From Nymphaea colorata (Eukaryota), in the NCBI RefSeq assembly GCF_008831285.2, contig NC_045138.2:33666001-33730000 (forward strand): 64,000 nt of DNA, given 5' to 3'. A program made the position numbers and the translations under genes. The notes beneath the pieces were generated by a model. That model made no database searches. It had not been told where the DNA came from and was given only the letters and a program-made list of their open reading frames with translations. Below, one piece after another: positions 1-12,357 of the stretch; within the stretch, counting starts at the first letter, position 1, and the number at the start of each line of letters is the position of its first letter.

Positions 1-820
1 AAATGAAATGAATGAAGAAATGAATCAAAGGAATGGAAACTAAAATGAATCAGAGAGGAGACTCCAAGCGACTCAGTTTGAGCAGTCGGGAGGAAGTAGG
101 GGATCAGAGAGGGAATGGAAACATATGTATGAATAAAATGAAATGAATCAAAGGAATGGAAACGAAAATGAATCAGAGAGGATCAAGAGGAAGAAAAGTA
201 GGGGATCGACGCATATTACCGATTGACCTAATGCGATGGAAGAGGAACCCTAACAAGTACGAGGAAGAAACCGAACGACAAACGTCGGCCACGCACCTTC
301 CGTCGCCGTCCACGGGTCGTCCGTCGCCGGTCGCCGTCCGCCGCCGCTGCCCAAAAAATCAGAATCTCCAAGCACCCGCCTTTGGAAGAACGCTCGAGAG
401 GCGGAGAGGGAGACGGCGAGAGTCACGGCCGAGTTTTCCTTTTGTTGCATTTTGATATGGTTTGGATCTAGTTCCGACCGGGAACCAGATCCAAACGAAC
501 CACCACCGGCGCACCATGGACGGAGACAAAGCATGAAAGCAGAGCTCGAACGGACCGGGTGGCCCAACCAAACCACCCGCCCTGCCCCTAATATACATTC
601 ATTCGGTCTCTCATAATAATAGTGGCTTCGGGTCGGATGGTGCCGCTTTTCTGGGTCGATGCTCGATGTGGAACAAATACCCGACCCGGAAGGACTCCAA
701 CGTGTCTCGTGTCGGTATAATTTCGTTCTGTGCCGCGAACATCCCGAAAGCGCGCGAGCGACCTTCTATCTCCGCCGCTCCCTTCCAGAGACGCGAAGTG
801 AAGCGATATTGAAGAGGGAG

Positions 821-3800
821 ATGGATCTCCTCCGTGGAGCTTACGGCGCTGCCTCCGACGAGGAGGAGGAGGAGGGGCGACGAAACTCCTCCGATCGCTT
901 CTCTAAGAGGCACCGCCCATTGCCGGTAGCTCCTCCATTACCAGGCTGCTACGTCTCGAAGAGACAGCGGGCAGCGATGGCGGCGACGACGGCTGCTCAG
1001 ACCTTGTCCAGTTCTCAGACCTCGGCCGTTCCTTCCCCTGTTGTCTCATCATCTGGTTTCGTCTCGTCTCCTCTTCTTCTCATCTCGTTTATTTATCGCT
1101 GTATTTTGTTCATGCTCCACTGACACTGATCACGTTGTCTTTGCTTCTGCGTGAGGTTGATTCGTGTTCGTCATCGTGATCCTCTTTTCTAGATTTTAAT
1201 TCTTTAGTGTCCTTTAGCACCCCATTTCTATTAGAATATTTAAATTTTAGGCTTCTGTATTTTGTTGGGCAAGTATGTGAAGAGTACGCAGAAGTTTGAA
1301 AATACATTGAACATTAACATAAGTAAATTTATTGGCTTGGAATTGACAAAAGATCCACGTCTTGCTCCTTTCTTCTTAATCCAGCTCGAGCTAGAAGTAT
1401 AGTGCTTACCCCAATGGTGATGGGTGTGCTTCTGTGTTGTTCCACAGTACTACCTGGTCTCGGTCGCTTCCATGCACACGGAACTCGAGTCGTACCATGG
1501 AAATTTTATTGCTTAAACCTGCTTGTTTCGTGCACAATAAATATCAGAAATGGCAAACGCCACAGCGCTTATCAATACCAATTTCAGAGCACCTTCCCAG
1601 TTTTCATTTTGCAAGTTTTCGTGGTTAAATCTGCCTCCTCTATGCACTTGAAATAATATATGTATACATTCCATAGTATCTGGAAGACATCTGTTTATGA
1701 GCATATCTTGCTTTCGATTTGCTGAATATAAGTTTGTCATTTCTCACCGAGTTATTGTGCCTTTTGGTGTAGTCAAAACTGCGCCTAGGGATTCGACTAG
1801 GCTGGCTACCGAGGCGCCTAAGTGGATGAAATGCTTTAAAATTCTTTTGTTACCTTTTCTGTTGTTTTTCTTCTTCTCCATGTACGTCTTGTTCTTCCTC
1901 GTCCTCTTTTTATCTTTGATTTACTGGCCCACAAAGGCCCCCGTCGAGGCACTGTCTAGTCCTTTTCAAGGCCCATCGCCTATGCCTGCCTCACGCTTTT
2001 GATTACTTAGCTCATTTTCTGCTTATATATACTATTTTGAACTGGTTGCATTGCTACAATGAAGTTTGCAGATGGATCATGAAAGTTCTTCTAAAATTAG
2101 GTCATCTACTTGTCTCGATGTTCTCACTGTTATTGTTGCCTTTTTTCCTACTTTTCTTCTTTATTACCCTGAAAATGAGACATGTTCTGCTTCACTAAAT
2201 GTGACAGTGTCTTGTAGATATAGTGATTCGACACGACATGCTTTTGTAACATTGTTGTGCATTTCTAAAATCCATTTTTTTTTCCTCTGATTTCAGGCAG
2301 TATTTCAGATGCTGATCTGCCTCCACTGATTTTGTCTTCATCGAGACGCAAAGGAAATTTTCATGCTAATCAAACTAAAATTCCAGAAAGATGCTCAGTT
2401 TATCTAACTGGCCATTCAAAAGCTGTCAATGCCATACACTGGTGTCCTACAACAGGTAATAACCTTCTGTTCTGATTGTAGTGCTGGTGTATTGTAACTT
2501 TTCAGTATACATAGACCTTGATAGTGCTAACTTATGACTTCCCTTGAAAAGTTTGTCCTGTTATTCTTGTCAAAGGTAATGTTTGGCTACACATATATTG
2601 TGCCAGTTATAGCTTGTCTTTGTTAAATGGTTGAACTGCATTTTTAAACCAACTTCTTTCCATTTTGAAGGATGAAATTTCAATGAAGCTTATATTATGC
2701 TTGATTGTCAAGCATGTAAATCTCTAGAGGTGACTTAACAACCTTGATGTTCATTTATGCAATCACTTTAGTTTTTTTGGAAAGAAGAATTTTAGGAAAA
2801 GAAAATATACATTTTATTTGAATTTGAGTGTTAGTTTACATTCTACATTATGCCATGCATTATTTTTCTCAATGGAAGTAGTTTTGCAGCACATCTTCTT
2901 GCTTCTGCTGGAATGGATCAGACTATCTGTGTATGGAATGTCTGGACGAGAGGTCAGAAGAAGGTGCGCACTTTCCATGGACACAATGCTGCAGTCATGG
3001 ATGTGAGGTGGTCCCAGCATGGACTGTATCTCCTAACATGTGGTTATGATAGCAGATCAAGATTTTTTGATGTTGAGAAGGGGGTGGAAATTCAGCATTT
3101 TGAGGAGGACCAAATTGTGAGAGTTGTTCGATTCCACCCTGAGAACTCAAATCTTTTCTTGTCTGGTGGTTCAAATGGTAGTTTGCGGCTTTGGGACATA
3201 AGAGTCAACAAGGTAGTGAAGGAATATGTCAGGAAACTTGGGCCTATCCTGGATATTGACATTAGTGTCAATGGCAAGCAATTTATTTCCTCCAGCAATG
3301 TCTCAAAAGATAACGCGAGTGAGAACTCTGTAATTGTTTGGGACATAGCACGTCAGGTTCCTCTTTCCTATCAGGTACAAGTTTCACGTTATTTTTCTTG
3401 TGCTTATAAAGTATAAACTATAAATCGTAGTAACAAAAAACACATTTATTTTAAACTACGTTAAAAAAAGAAAAAATGGGTCAGCAAAAAAAAAGAAGAC
3501 CAAGAAATGCATTTTTTGGAAGTCAGCCGAAAAAAAGGACAAACAAATGTATTTTTTGGAAAAATAATGCCAAAAAAAAAGAGAGAAAAGGACACGGCAT
3601 TTTTTCAGCTTTTTTTGCGTTCTTTTCACATTTTTTTATATTTTTTTCCTTTTTTTTCCGTTTTCATGTTTTTTTACATTTTTACTGCCACATTTTAATG
3701 TTCACATTTTTCTTTGAAGATCTTCTTCTTTTTAATTGTTTTAAAATTTGCCAAGATTTTTCTGAGAAAAACAACTCTGCCATATTAAACCCGAGAAATT

Positions 3801-4467
3801 TTTCTGTTTAAAACCTGTAAACAATATTTGTGATGATGCTATGAAGTAATAAAGATGACCTTTATTGGTGTAAGACTTTCATTTTTGTGTTATGTGGTAA
3901 TAACTTTTTTTTCCTTCACATGATTGCATGAACTTAGTTCATGGTAGTTATGAACTATTATTTAGTCGTTAGCCAACTATTACTATCCCATATGTTCCAT
4001 TTATCATTTATGTGTTTTTAATAAAATCAGTTCTCTCAAGGTCACCGGACCTGTTATGCTGTTGAAAATTTCTCAGTAAAGTTTTTTCTGAACAGGTTTA
4101 TGTGGAAGCATACACATGCACAAGTGTCAGGTATCATCCATTTGATCCTTGCTTTGTTGCTCAATCAAATGGAAATTATGTTGCCATTTTTTCATCCATG
4201 CCACCTTTCAAACTAGACAAGTACAGGAGGTATGAAAAGCATGGAGTAGCTGGCTTCCCAGTCAAGTGTAATTTCAACTTGAGTGGGGATATACTTATTT
4301 CAGGATCATCAGATGGTTGTGTATACTTTTATGACTATAAATCCACTAATCTTTTAAGAAAGATGAAAGCATATGACGATGCATGCTTAGATGTTGCATG
4401 TCATCCAGTCATGCCTAATGTTCTCGCCACATCAAGTTGGAATGGTGATGTTTTGGTGTTTGAATGA
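821..4467 (+). CDS. WDR25: WD40-repeat protein, WDR25-like; exons 821-1055, 2297-2455, 2890-3374, 4096-4467 (416 aa)
   Basis: Starts MDLLRGAYGAASDEEEE with a PLPGCYVSKRQR motif. WD repeats include LTGHSKAVNAIHW, LLASAGMDQTICVWN, FHGHNAAVMDVRW, LSGGSNGSLRLWD and ISGSSDGCVYFYD. All introns are GT-AG, phases are compatible, and the spliced length is 1251 nt. Confidence 0.88.
1765..2010. mobile_element. Degenerate MITE-like element in WDR25 intron 1
   Basis: Imperfect inverted ends (gtagtcaaaa / ttttgattac) and repeated GCGCCTA subterminal motifs; no clear TSD. Confidence 0.3.
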
Positions 4468-5296
4468 GATTGGGAATGGCAATTTTCAAAGTTATGAAGA
4501 ATCAGGTCTTATTCTCCAGGCATGGGATGGTTGGATTTGCCAATTGTCATCTTATGAACTTGCATAGCACAGGCATGTATATACAACAGAAAGCGGTGCA
4601 TTGTCAGTTAATGCTTTATAAAAATGGATATTGCATCTTCCATATGTATGTGTGCTTGTTCTTGGTAAATGCTATGGTAAAGACTTGTTGGTTGTTCCTG
4701 GTTTCCACACGATGTCCTATACCGTATCTGACCTTTTGTGATTGTATAGGTGCATTTAATCTACTTAAATTAATCATGTTTGAAATGTTAGGTACAATCA
4801 GTTAAATTTAATGACCACAATATCAGGGAAACCAATGTCATCTTGAAATTCAAATGATTTTACAGGGTCATTGGCATATTTGCTTTAGACTTTAGATTGA
4901 AGCACATTACTCAAAACATTGTTTTTAGTATTACAGTGGATTTTGGGAACATGCAAGTGATCTTTTTAACCCAAAAAAGTAACTAGATGGTCTATAATGA
5001 TGCTATTTTTTAAAGCATGGTCACTTCATTTGGTTTCTAACTAGTATTAAAGGTAACTAGTTTAATATGACATATACACATGCATGCTAGTATATATACA
5101 CATACACAGGGATGCATGCATACATGACTGCATGTATATAGTATATACGCATTCTCGTATGTATAAGCTTGCACTGTGCTTATCTGCAAGGTGTGCTAGT
5201 CATCTCTGGCTCCTGCCTTTCTGATGCTCATTTAGAAGGGAATTTCCATTGATGCACTTGGACTTGCAGCTCGTCCTGGCATGATAGTGCTTCAGG

Positions 5297-6672
5297 TGGT
5301 AAAGAAGTGGAAGGAAACATGTTCAAGCTATTAGGGAACTTGAATATTTACATGTTTCGATCATAACTTGATCTACGTCCTTCACAGCAGTCTGATTCTT
5401 CTCTCTTCAATGATTTAGTGAGAGAGAGAAGCAGCTGTTATATATCTTTATTGAGTAGTGCTGAGATTATTACATTTAGATGATCAATCAACCTTATGTT
5501 TCAGAAATGTATAATCATCTGTCTTGACAGATTTTCTGTTACAACCAGATCAGCTTGAGAATATTTCCTTTTATCTACATGATTGGATTTTCTGCCATCT
5601 TCATCATGATCTTCAGATCTGTTTCCATTTTCGTCAAGTTGATATAAGCTGGGATTTTGATCACCTCTTGATCCTTGACTTGCAGCAACTTGATCTTTAT
5701 CGTTAATAGCTGCCCTCAAGCTAACCATGGGTTGACCAATGGTGAGCTTGACCTGATCCAGTTGAGCTAGCGACTTTCTGAGTACATCAGTAAGTTGATC
5801 CTTGGATGAAATATGAACGTACAGAGTGGTGCGACTTTGTCCCTTACAAAGTGCATCACCCCTCAATATGTTTACTTTTCACAATATGTTTACTCTTGCT
5901 ATGAAAGTTAGGATTTGCAGCCATTTGCACAGGAAGTAACTTTTTAATGGTTATAGGCACAAACACTATATGTTTCATAAAAATGACTTAGAACTAGAAG
6001 AAAGGTAAGAGCTCCCTATACGAGCGATGGACGAACATGATCCACTTCTGAACTTTGATGGAGTCATTGCCTTGATATTGAGATTGAATTGTCACGGAAT
6101 TGAGATCCAAAGTTATCTGATGAGATGCTCTAGAATGTGGATAAGAGACATCGTTGGTGGTCAATGATGGAGAAGCTGCACAGGCATGAGGCCATCTGGT
6201 CTAATAGTCTGAGCTTAGCAGTCTGCACGTCTTTGTTGTGTGAGCAACTTTGTTGCATTGACATACCACTTGGGAGAAGATCCATCCTTGGTGTTTCTCT
6301 TAGTTTTGATACCATTGCTCTTGATATCGTCCACCATGTCCATGTCATCCAGGTCCCTTGTTTATTTTTAAACATGTATTTATGGTTTTGATCTCGTCTT
6401 CAATAATTTAATCCTTTTGAACAAAGTTGGCTTCAGGGATGTTTTCATTCTTCAGGTCTTCGTGCTTAGAAAAATGGACCTCTTGGATTAAAAGGTGGCT
6501 ATGTTTCATACAATGAAGTCAGCTCAACCCAGTGAAAACAGAAGTTCTGGAGGCATCATAATCAGCCTGTAGACGATGCAAGAAAATCATAATCTATGTC
6601 ACATGAGTGCGGGTACGGGTGCCGGTGCGACGTATCCCAAAAAATTTGGGTGCGAGGGTGCGGCGAGTGTGT

Positions 6673-6716
<44 letters not shown>

Positions 6717-7967
6717 TATTTTTCATATATAAATGTATGTATTCATAATATATATAATTTCAGCTTGTTTCTTAGCTTAGTATGTCCTTTCTTTTTAGTT
6801 TTAGTATTATACATAAAGAAAGAAATGGACAGGGAGAAGAAAAAAAAAAGAATAGAATATATTTTGAACTTGCATAAGAAAGGATGTGGTTGGGGTGCAT
6901 GTAGGAGCTGCACCAGCACCAGTGTCGTGTCGACACTGGTGCGGCCCCTTTTTTGAAGAGTCCATGTGACATAGATCATAATCAAGTCATCCTCCTGAAC
7001 AAGCTTTCCAGTTAGAGCAACTTGGTGTGCAGGAGATTTAGGATTATGAAAATATTCATTAATGACTTTATTGCCCTATTTTGAGGTATCAACTGATTTT
7101 ATCTCTGGAATTAGCAGCGTATGACTCCTGCAAACTTTTCCAAACATGATAAAACGTTTCAAGCCCAACGACTTTGGCATGAATGGTCTGTGAGGGAGGA
7201 TAGATCCAGCTCAACAAGAGCTAATCACAGCATTCCAAGTGACGTAGTATGGATTGACTACAAACTTATTGTATTGGATAATGAACTGAGGCGGTTTAGG
7301 CTTCCGTCCATCTATATCCCCATCTAAGCCATGAAAGACTAATAGTTGTAATTGAGAAGCCACAAAGCATAATCATTGGCATTGAGTTTAATATGAAGAA
7401 AATACCGAAATGGATTGGCAGCGGGCAGTGGTGGCAGATTGAGGGTGAAAGAACTTATCTCGTGTGAGTCGTTATTGCTGAATCCTTCAGAAGCCATGCT
7501 AAAGGGTGAAGAACTCAGTCCAGAGAAGCTGACTCACAATTCTGGCTCTGATGTAATGCTAAGAACATGAAGGAAATAAATTCAAGCTATCAGGACACAT
7601 GAATATTTATGTGGTTTGATCTTAACTTGATCTTCTTCGAGCACAACAGTCTGATTCTCTCTCATGGTTCAACGGTTCATGACACCTAGGATCAGCTGTT
7701 ATACATATTGTTAAGCAGTGCTGAGATTATTACAATCAGAAGATCAATGCACCTTCTGTTTCAAAAATAGATATTCTGTTTTGACAGATTTTCTGTTATA
7801 ACCAGATCAGCATGAGAATACTTCCTTTTATCTACATGATTGGATCTGCTTCCATCTTTATCACGACCTTCAAGACTGTTTTCTGTTCTCGTCAAGTTGA
7901 TTTTGGTTTTACATTTTGATTACCTCTTGATCCTTGACTTGCAGCAACTTGATGTTTATCCTTACTG
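5297..7967 (-). mobile_element. Degenerate, internally deleted Ty1/copia LTR retrotransposon (LTRs ~5297-5707 and ~7557-7967)
   Basis: Two diverged ~400-bp direct repeats, a decayed tRNA-Met PBS (gctctgatgtaa, 7545-7556) and a decayed PPT (gctgccctcaagct, ~5708-5721). Minus-strand peptides include gag IKLNANDYALW and NPYYVTW, post-protease SQYQGNDSIKV and IARIGSS, and RNase H AANPNFHSKSKHI and ISSKDQLTDVLRKSL. Many stops and frameshifts. Confidence 0.8.
6594..6974. mobile_element. hAT-type MITE (381 bp) nested in the copia element
   Basis: Perfect 12-bp TIRs CTATGTCACATG / CATGTGACATAG and 8-bp TSD ATCATAAT at 6586-6593 and 6975-6982; internal (AT)n. Confidence 0.9.
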
Positions 7968-8190
7968 CCACTGCCAGGGTGCGCATGCAACCCAGCATGC
8001 CCAACCTGGTCCAATGCTAATCAAGAATATGAAGGACGGAATCAGCAGGTGCCTCATAAATGTGTCTTCTTCCTCAGTTAAAATGGAAATTAGTGGAGGG
8101 AAAGAGTCTATATCACCTGTCTAATCAAAACTTGTTGATAAATAAATGAGAAAAAACTGAAAGTATGTGAGATAGGATGTAAGTTTCAGG

Positions 8191-8390
8191 CTTTGTTACA
8201 TGGGTACCCGTACCGGTCAGGTACGACACTGGTACTGGTACTACCTATCTTGGGTACTATCAAACAGTACTGGATAAGACAACTTACCCAGGATTTTATA
8301 TATATATATAACCGTATCTTTGTACTCAAGTTTTTTTAAAATAGTACAAACTAATACATGTACTCGTACATATGTGACATAGTGACATAG
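8191..8390. mobile_element. hAT-type MITE (200 bp) with TIRs related to 6594-6974
   Basis: Ends CTTTGTTACATG ... GTGACATAG; 8-bp TSD GTTTCAGG at 8183-8190 and 8391-8398; GGTAC subterminal repeats. Confidence 0.85.
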
Positions 8391-11300
8391 GTTTCAGGTC
8401 TGATTAGATTATATATTCAAATTTGTGTACATCAACTAGTTCGTCTTCCATATGCCTATTCTAATTTTTTCCAAAATTAGTGAATTTATCCCTTGAGTGT
8501 CGTATTTGTGCACAAAATTGTTAGTATCTTCATGTTCATACATGTTCTGCTTACATAAGAGTGGACCTGTTCTTTGATTCATTCCCCGAGGGCAATAGAG
8601 TTCACCCAATCATGCAGGAGTTCGGGTAACTGACGGTTGATCTGTCTCGGACTGAACCGGGGACATGTACATGAATTCGATAAGAGCTCAAACCTGGATG
8701 TTCAAACTCCCTATGTTATGAACCGCTATAAGCTGAGGCTTAGCAGTTCGAGCTCGGACATCAAAAGCCTTTCCATGAGCCGGCATTGGAAGCATAGAGT
8801 TGTCAAAAGTTATGACCTCCCACATCCAAAAGAATGCCAATCTCCAGACCAAAAACTAAAAAATATCAGGCATAGCAACTGTATTAATGTGTTAATCGAT
8901 GAACTCTTTAGCTTATAACTTCGGTTTTCTAGTTGAGACTGATTTATGAGCTGGGATATGATGTGATGCTTGTCTGTGTTGAGACTTCTATCTGTGTGTG
9001 CACGTGAGAGAGAGAGAGAGAGAGAGAAACAACGAGCTAGAGTTGTATGAAGCACTCAGGTGCTTCTTGGGATTTGATGTTTGAACTAGTTAGTGCCACG
9101 AAAGTATATTTGCAGGTGGTGTAAATTATTTAGGTCATATCAGGTTGTAAGCCCTAAAAACTAGAGTTGTATGAAGCACGTTATCAATCTTGTAGGCACT
9201 GGAAGTGGGACCTTTGATAATTGCTCGCACATTCAACGGACCTCTTAAATGCACCCCTTTTTGTACAACTAAAGTCTCTGTATTGTTGGCTGATTGTCAA
9301 CTATCTTCGGTTCTTTTTCTGCAATTCACTTACCTTTCGTAGTCTAATTGGTGCAATACATCAAAGTTACCTGGATGCTGTCTCTGAGTGCCCAGGTAAT
9401 TTATCTACATCAATTTTCAGATAATGTTGCTTGAGTTGCGCCTCTCAAGTGCATGAATGCTTTCATTTCATCATTTTATCCGAACAATGTACATGTATAG
9501 TTGGTCTTGCACACTAAGGCTATTACAATTCTGTAGCTCATTAAGATGAAACCAAGTACTCTCAAGCACTCATGCCTGTGTCCATCACTCGGTCTTTTGC
9601 CCAATTGGACCACGTAGTGCTCCTCTGTATCATTGACACCTGACCTCTGTTTTGCGTGTGGCCTAGATGCTAGTACATGATTACGCAACAAACCGATTAG
9701 AAATGTAGGTTAAATGTTTGAAACCATTCGTAGGAAAGAACATTTCAATAAGTTTTTCTATGTAACTTTCGTTAACAAGCTTATGAATAAAACCCAGACA
9801 GGCACCTATTGTTCATATTGGGCATGTCAAACTCATTGTAGCATAGTTGAGATGAGCCCAATACATGCTGAACCGAGTGGAGACAAGGTGTCTTGGCTTG
9901 TTTTTCGAGCCCTATCTTCGAGGGATGTTTCAAGTGGGCACCTACGTTGTCACTGCGATTTTGGGCATGTTGCTCTGGATATCACAGAAATTCCTCAACA
10001 AAAAGATGTTGCTGGGTTAGGTTTGGTTCTTAGTGCATGGTCCTTCTTTAGTCCAACTGTTGGATGGGTTTACTTGAACATGACATTTGGTGTAAGAAGG
10101 AAACCGGTAGCGTCACAGAAATTTCCAACCGTTTTTGCTTGTCAATTTTGGTTGGCAGCGACAAGGGAATCAGTAACAAGAGCATACTTGCGGAAAATGA
10201 TGCTCCCTTCCATTACCTGAAGAATATGTATTTCCAATTAAGTGTTTTTGAGGCAACTACTTTTCGTGGGACTCCTTTTCCCTCCATATGTTAGGAGTAC
10301 AAGGATGAACACGACTGTTGCACGATCAAGGACAGGAAGGATCAAGATGAGGATGAAATTGTGGTGGAAATGACAAGGGATGTTGGTTACTGTCTTTTCC
10401 ATGTTCTCTTTGGCAGTTTGGCAAGGTTAGTCCCCTTACAGGTAAAGGAGTATTTCCCATAATAATTGGAGATTATCCCATTATCCTTGGATGTATACCC
10501 ATCTTTCTTTATCCTCTTACACCCATTTTTTTTATCCTCCTTTTTGTTTCACATTTAACTTGATATTCCATCCTCATCTCTCAGAAGCCTAACGAATGGG
10601 GCACAGTAGACTGTGATGTATATCACGTCAAGAAAAAGATTGCCTAGTACCTCGACCTGGGTCTAGGACTCTAGAGTGTGCCAGCCTGGGTAAGCCTGAC
10701 TTGATTTTTGATAGGCTTGACGGGGCTGCGTTGATGCGTTCACGCTTAGTCAAGCCTAGCCATCAACTTTTGATTAGGCTATGGTTCATTTTAGTCAAGC
10801 CTAGTGATCAACTAGTTAGGCTAGGTCCTAATAGTTGATAGTTGAGAGAGAGAGGAGGAATAGAGAGGAGGACAAGAACCAGCCTCATAATCAGGCCTTT
10901 AATCTCAAGTTAACACTACTCATACCATTTGAACTGAGGACGAGTCTACAACAGACTACCCAACCCAATTGGGCTACCCATCACTTGGAGAGAGAAAGAG
11001 AGGACAACTTCCAGAACCATTGAATAACAGCCTTCAGTCCAACTCTCAATGCCATCAAGGGAGGAAAAAAGACTAGTTAATAGTTCATGGTCCCATTGGG
11101 CCAAGTGTTACATTCATCCTCCCTTCCAGCACATTAGAGTCTAGAGATTGGGTAAGGCGCCGCAACTAGTCAATGCAACAGCGAAGAAGAGGAACCTGAT
11201 GCCTGTGCTTCTGGCCCCGCTACTAGTCGTCCCTACGTGCAGCCATACGCCTAGCTAGATTCTTTTTCCCAGCCACTAGTCATGTTCGGCCAACGTAGTG

Positions 11301-12300
11301 ATACACAACTGGAACCCCTTTTGTAGTGGTAGGGTTTGACCGTATGCCAATCCATATGCGCAACATCTGCATTCTCTGCCATTTATCGATGGATGACGAG
11401 TTGCATCTTGTACTTGCTCTCTTGCAGGCGTTGGTTTCAATGCTACTAGTGAATCAAAACTGCGATGCTCTCACAATGAAGTTTTCTAGATACTCTCACA
11501 ATAAAGTTTTATAATAATCAGCAGTCAGTTGATCTTTCAAGACTTTCATATTTCAATGGAAGTAACCGTAAAGATGTGGCGTACATGATTGATTTTGTGA
11601 AACTCAACACCTGGATGGCTCAATTGTGATATATATTCAATCTTTTCAAAGGTCCGAGAATAGACACTCCATGGTTCTAAACCTCGAAGTCATAAGTATT
11701 TATGGGCTACAGTCAACACGCTCATGCAGCGTCAGATTTGTGAATTATTCTGCAAATTTTGGTTGTCATATTCCGTAATTGCATTTCGTGTTCGTGATCT
11801 GATATCATGTCCTTCCACACATGCCCACGCATAATTTGAATTACCTCTGTCGACGTAATTATTTATGCACTGTGGCTGAAAATTTTACGCAGGTTTGCGT
11901 TCGTAAAACTAGCTGCATAATCCTGACTTACAAGGTCTTATCTCCACACTGGCACGCAAGCAGAGACGAGAGAGAGAAGGATGGCTTCCATACAGATAAC
12001 TGTGTAATGCGTCCCTTCCTTACGAGACACATTATGTGCCTCCCACCTCGATTTGTCTCATGGCCCCCCTTTCCCCAAATGGCACAAAAAGGAAAAGAGT
12101 AGCCAAAAATCCCAAGCCAATCTTCTTCCCCACATGGCTGTCATCCCCTTTAGAAAAGGTGTGTTCATCCGTTACGTCAAGCAACTGGTCACGTCAGGTG
12201 CCTCACCAGCAACCCAAACAGGGGACAGCTGGTGATGGGCCTAAAAGAGCCTTACATATCCAATCTCCATACCATAAGTCCACTCCCTGAGATTGAACTT

Positions 12301-12357
12301 CAACTTCAGAGTCTACATAATCTGATGACAACTTCAGAGTCTACACAATCGATGACA
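12301..12357. repeat. ~28-bp tandem duplication
   Basis: caacttcagagtctacataatctgatga followed by caacttcagagtctacacaatcgatga. Confidence 0.8.

Noticed and set aside
1..185. aaatg-rich ~45-bp repeat occurring twice, superficially repeat-spacer-like
   Set aside because: Only two copies in eukaryotic DNA, probably a TE end cut by the window edge; not CRISPR.
659..820. In-frame upstream extension of WDR25 exon 1
   Set aside because: The family-like N-terminus begins at MDLL (821); the extension is likely 5'UTR.
3450..3815. A-rich then T-rich block in WDR25 intron 3, with ORFs 3476-3811 and 3507-3698
   Set aside because: Low-complexity ORFs. It may be a foldback or MITE, but no TIR or TSD could be fixed.
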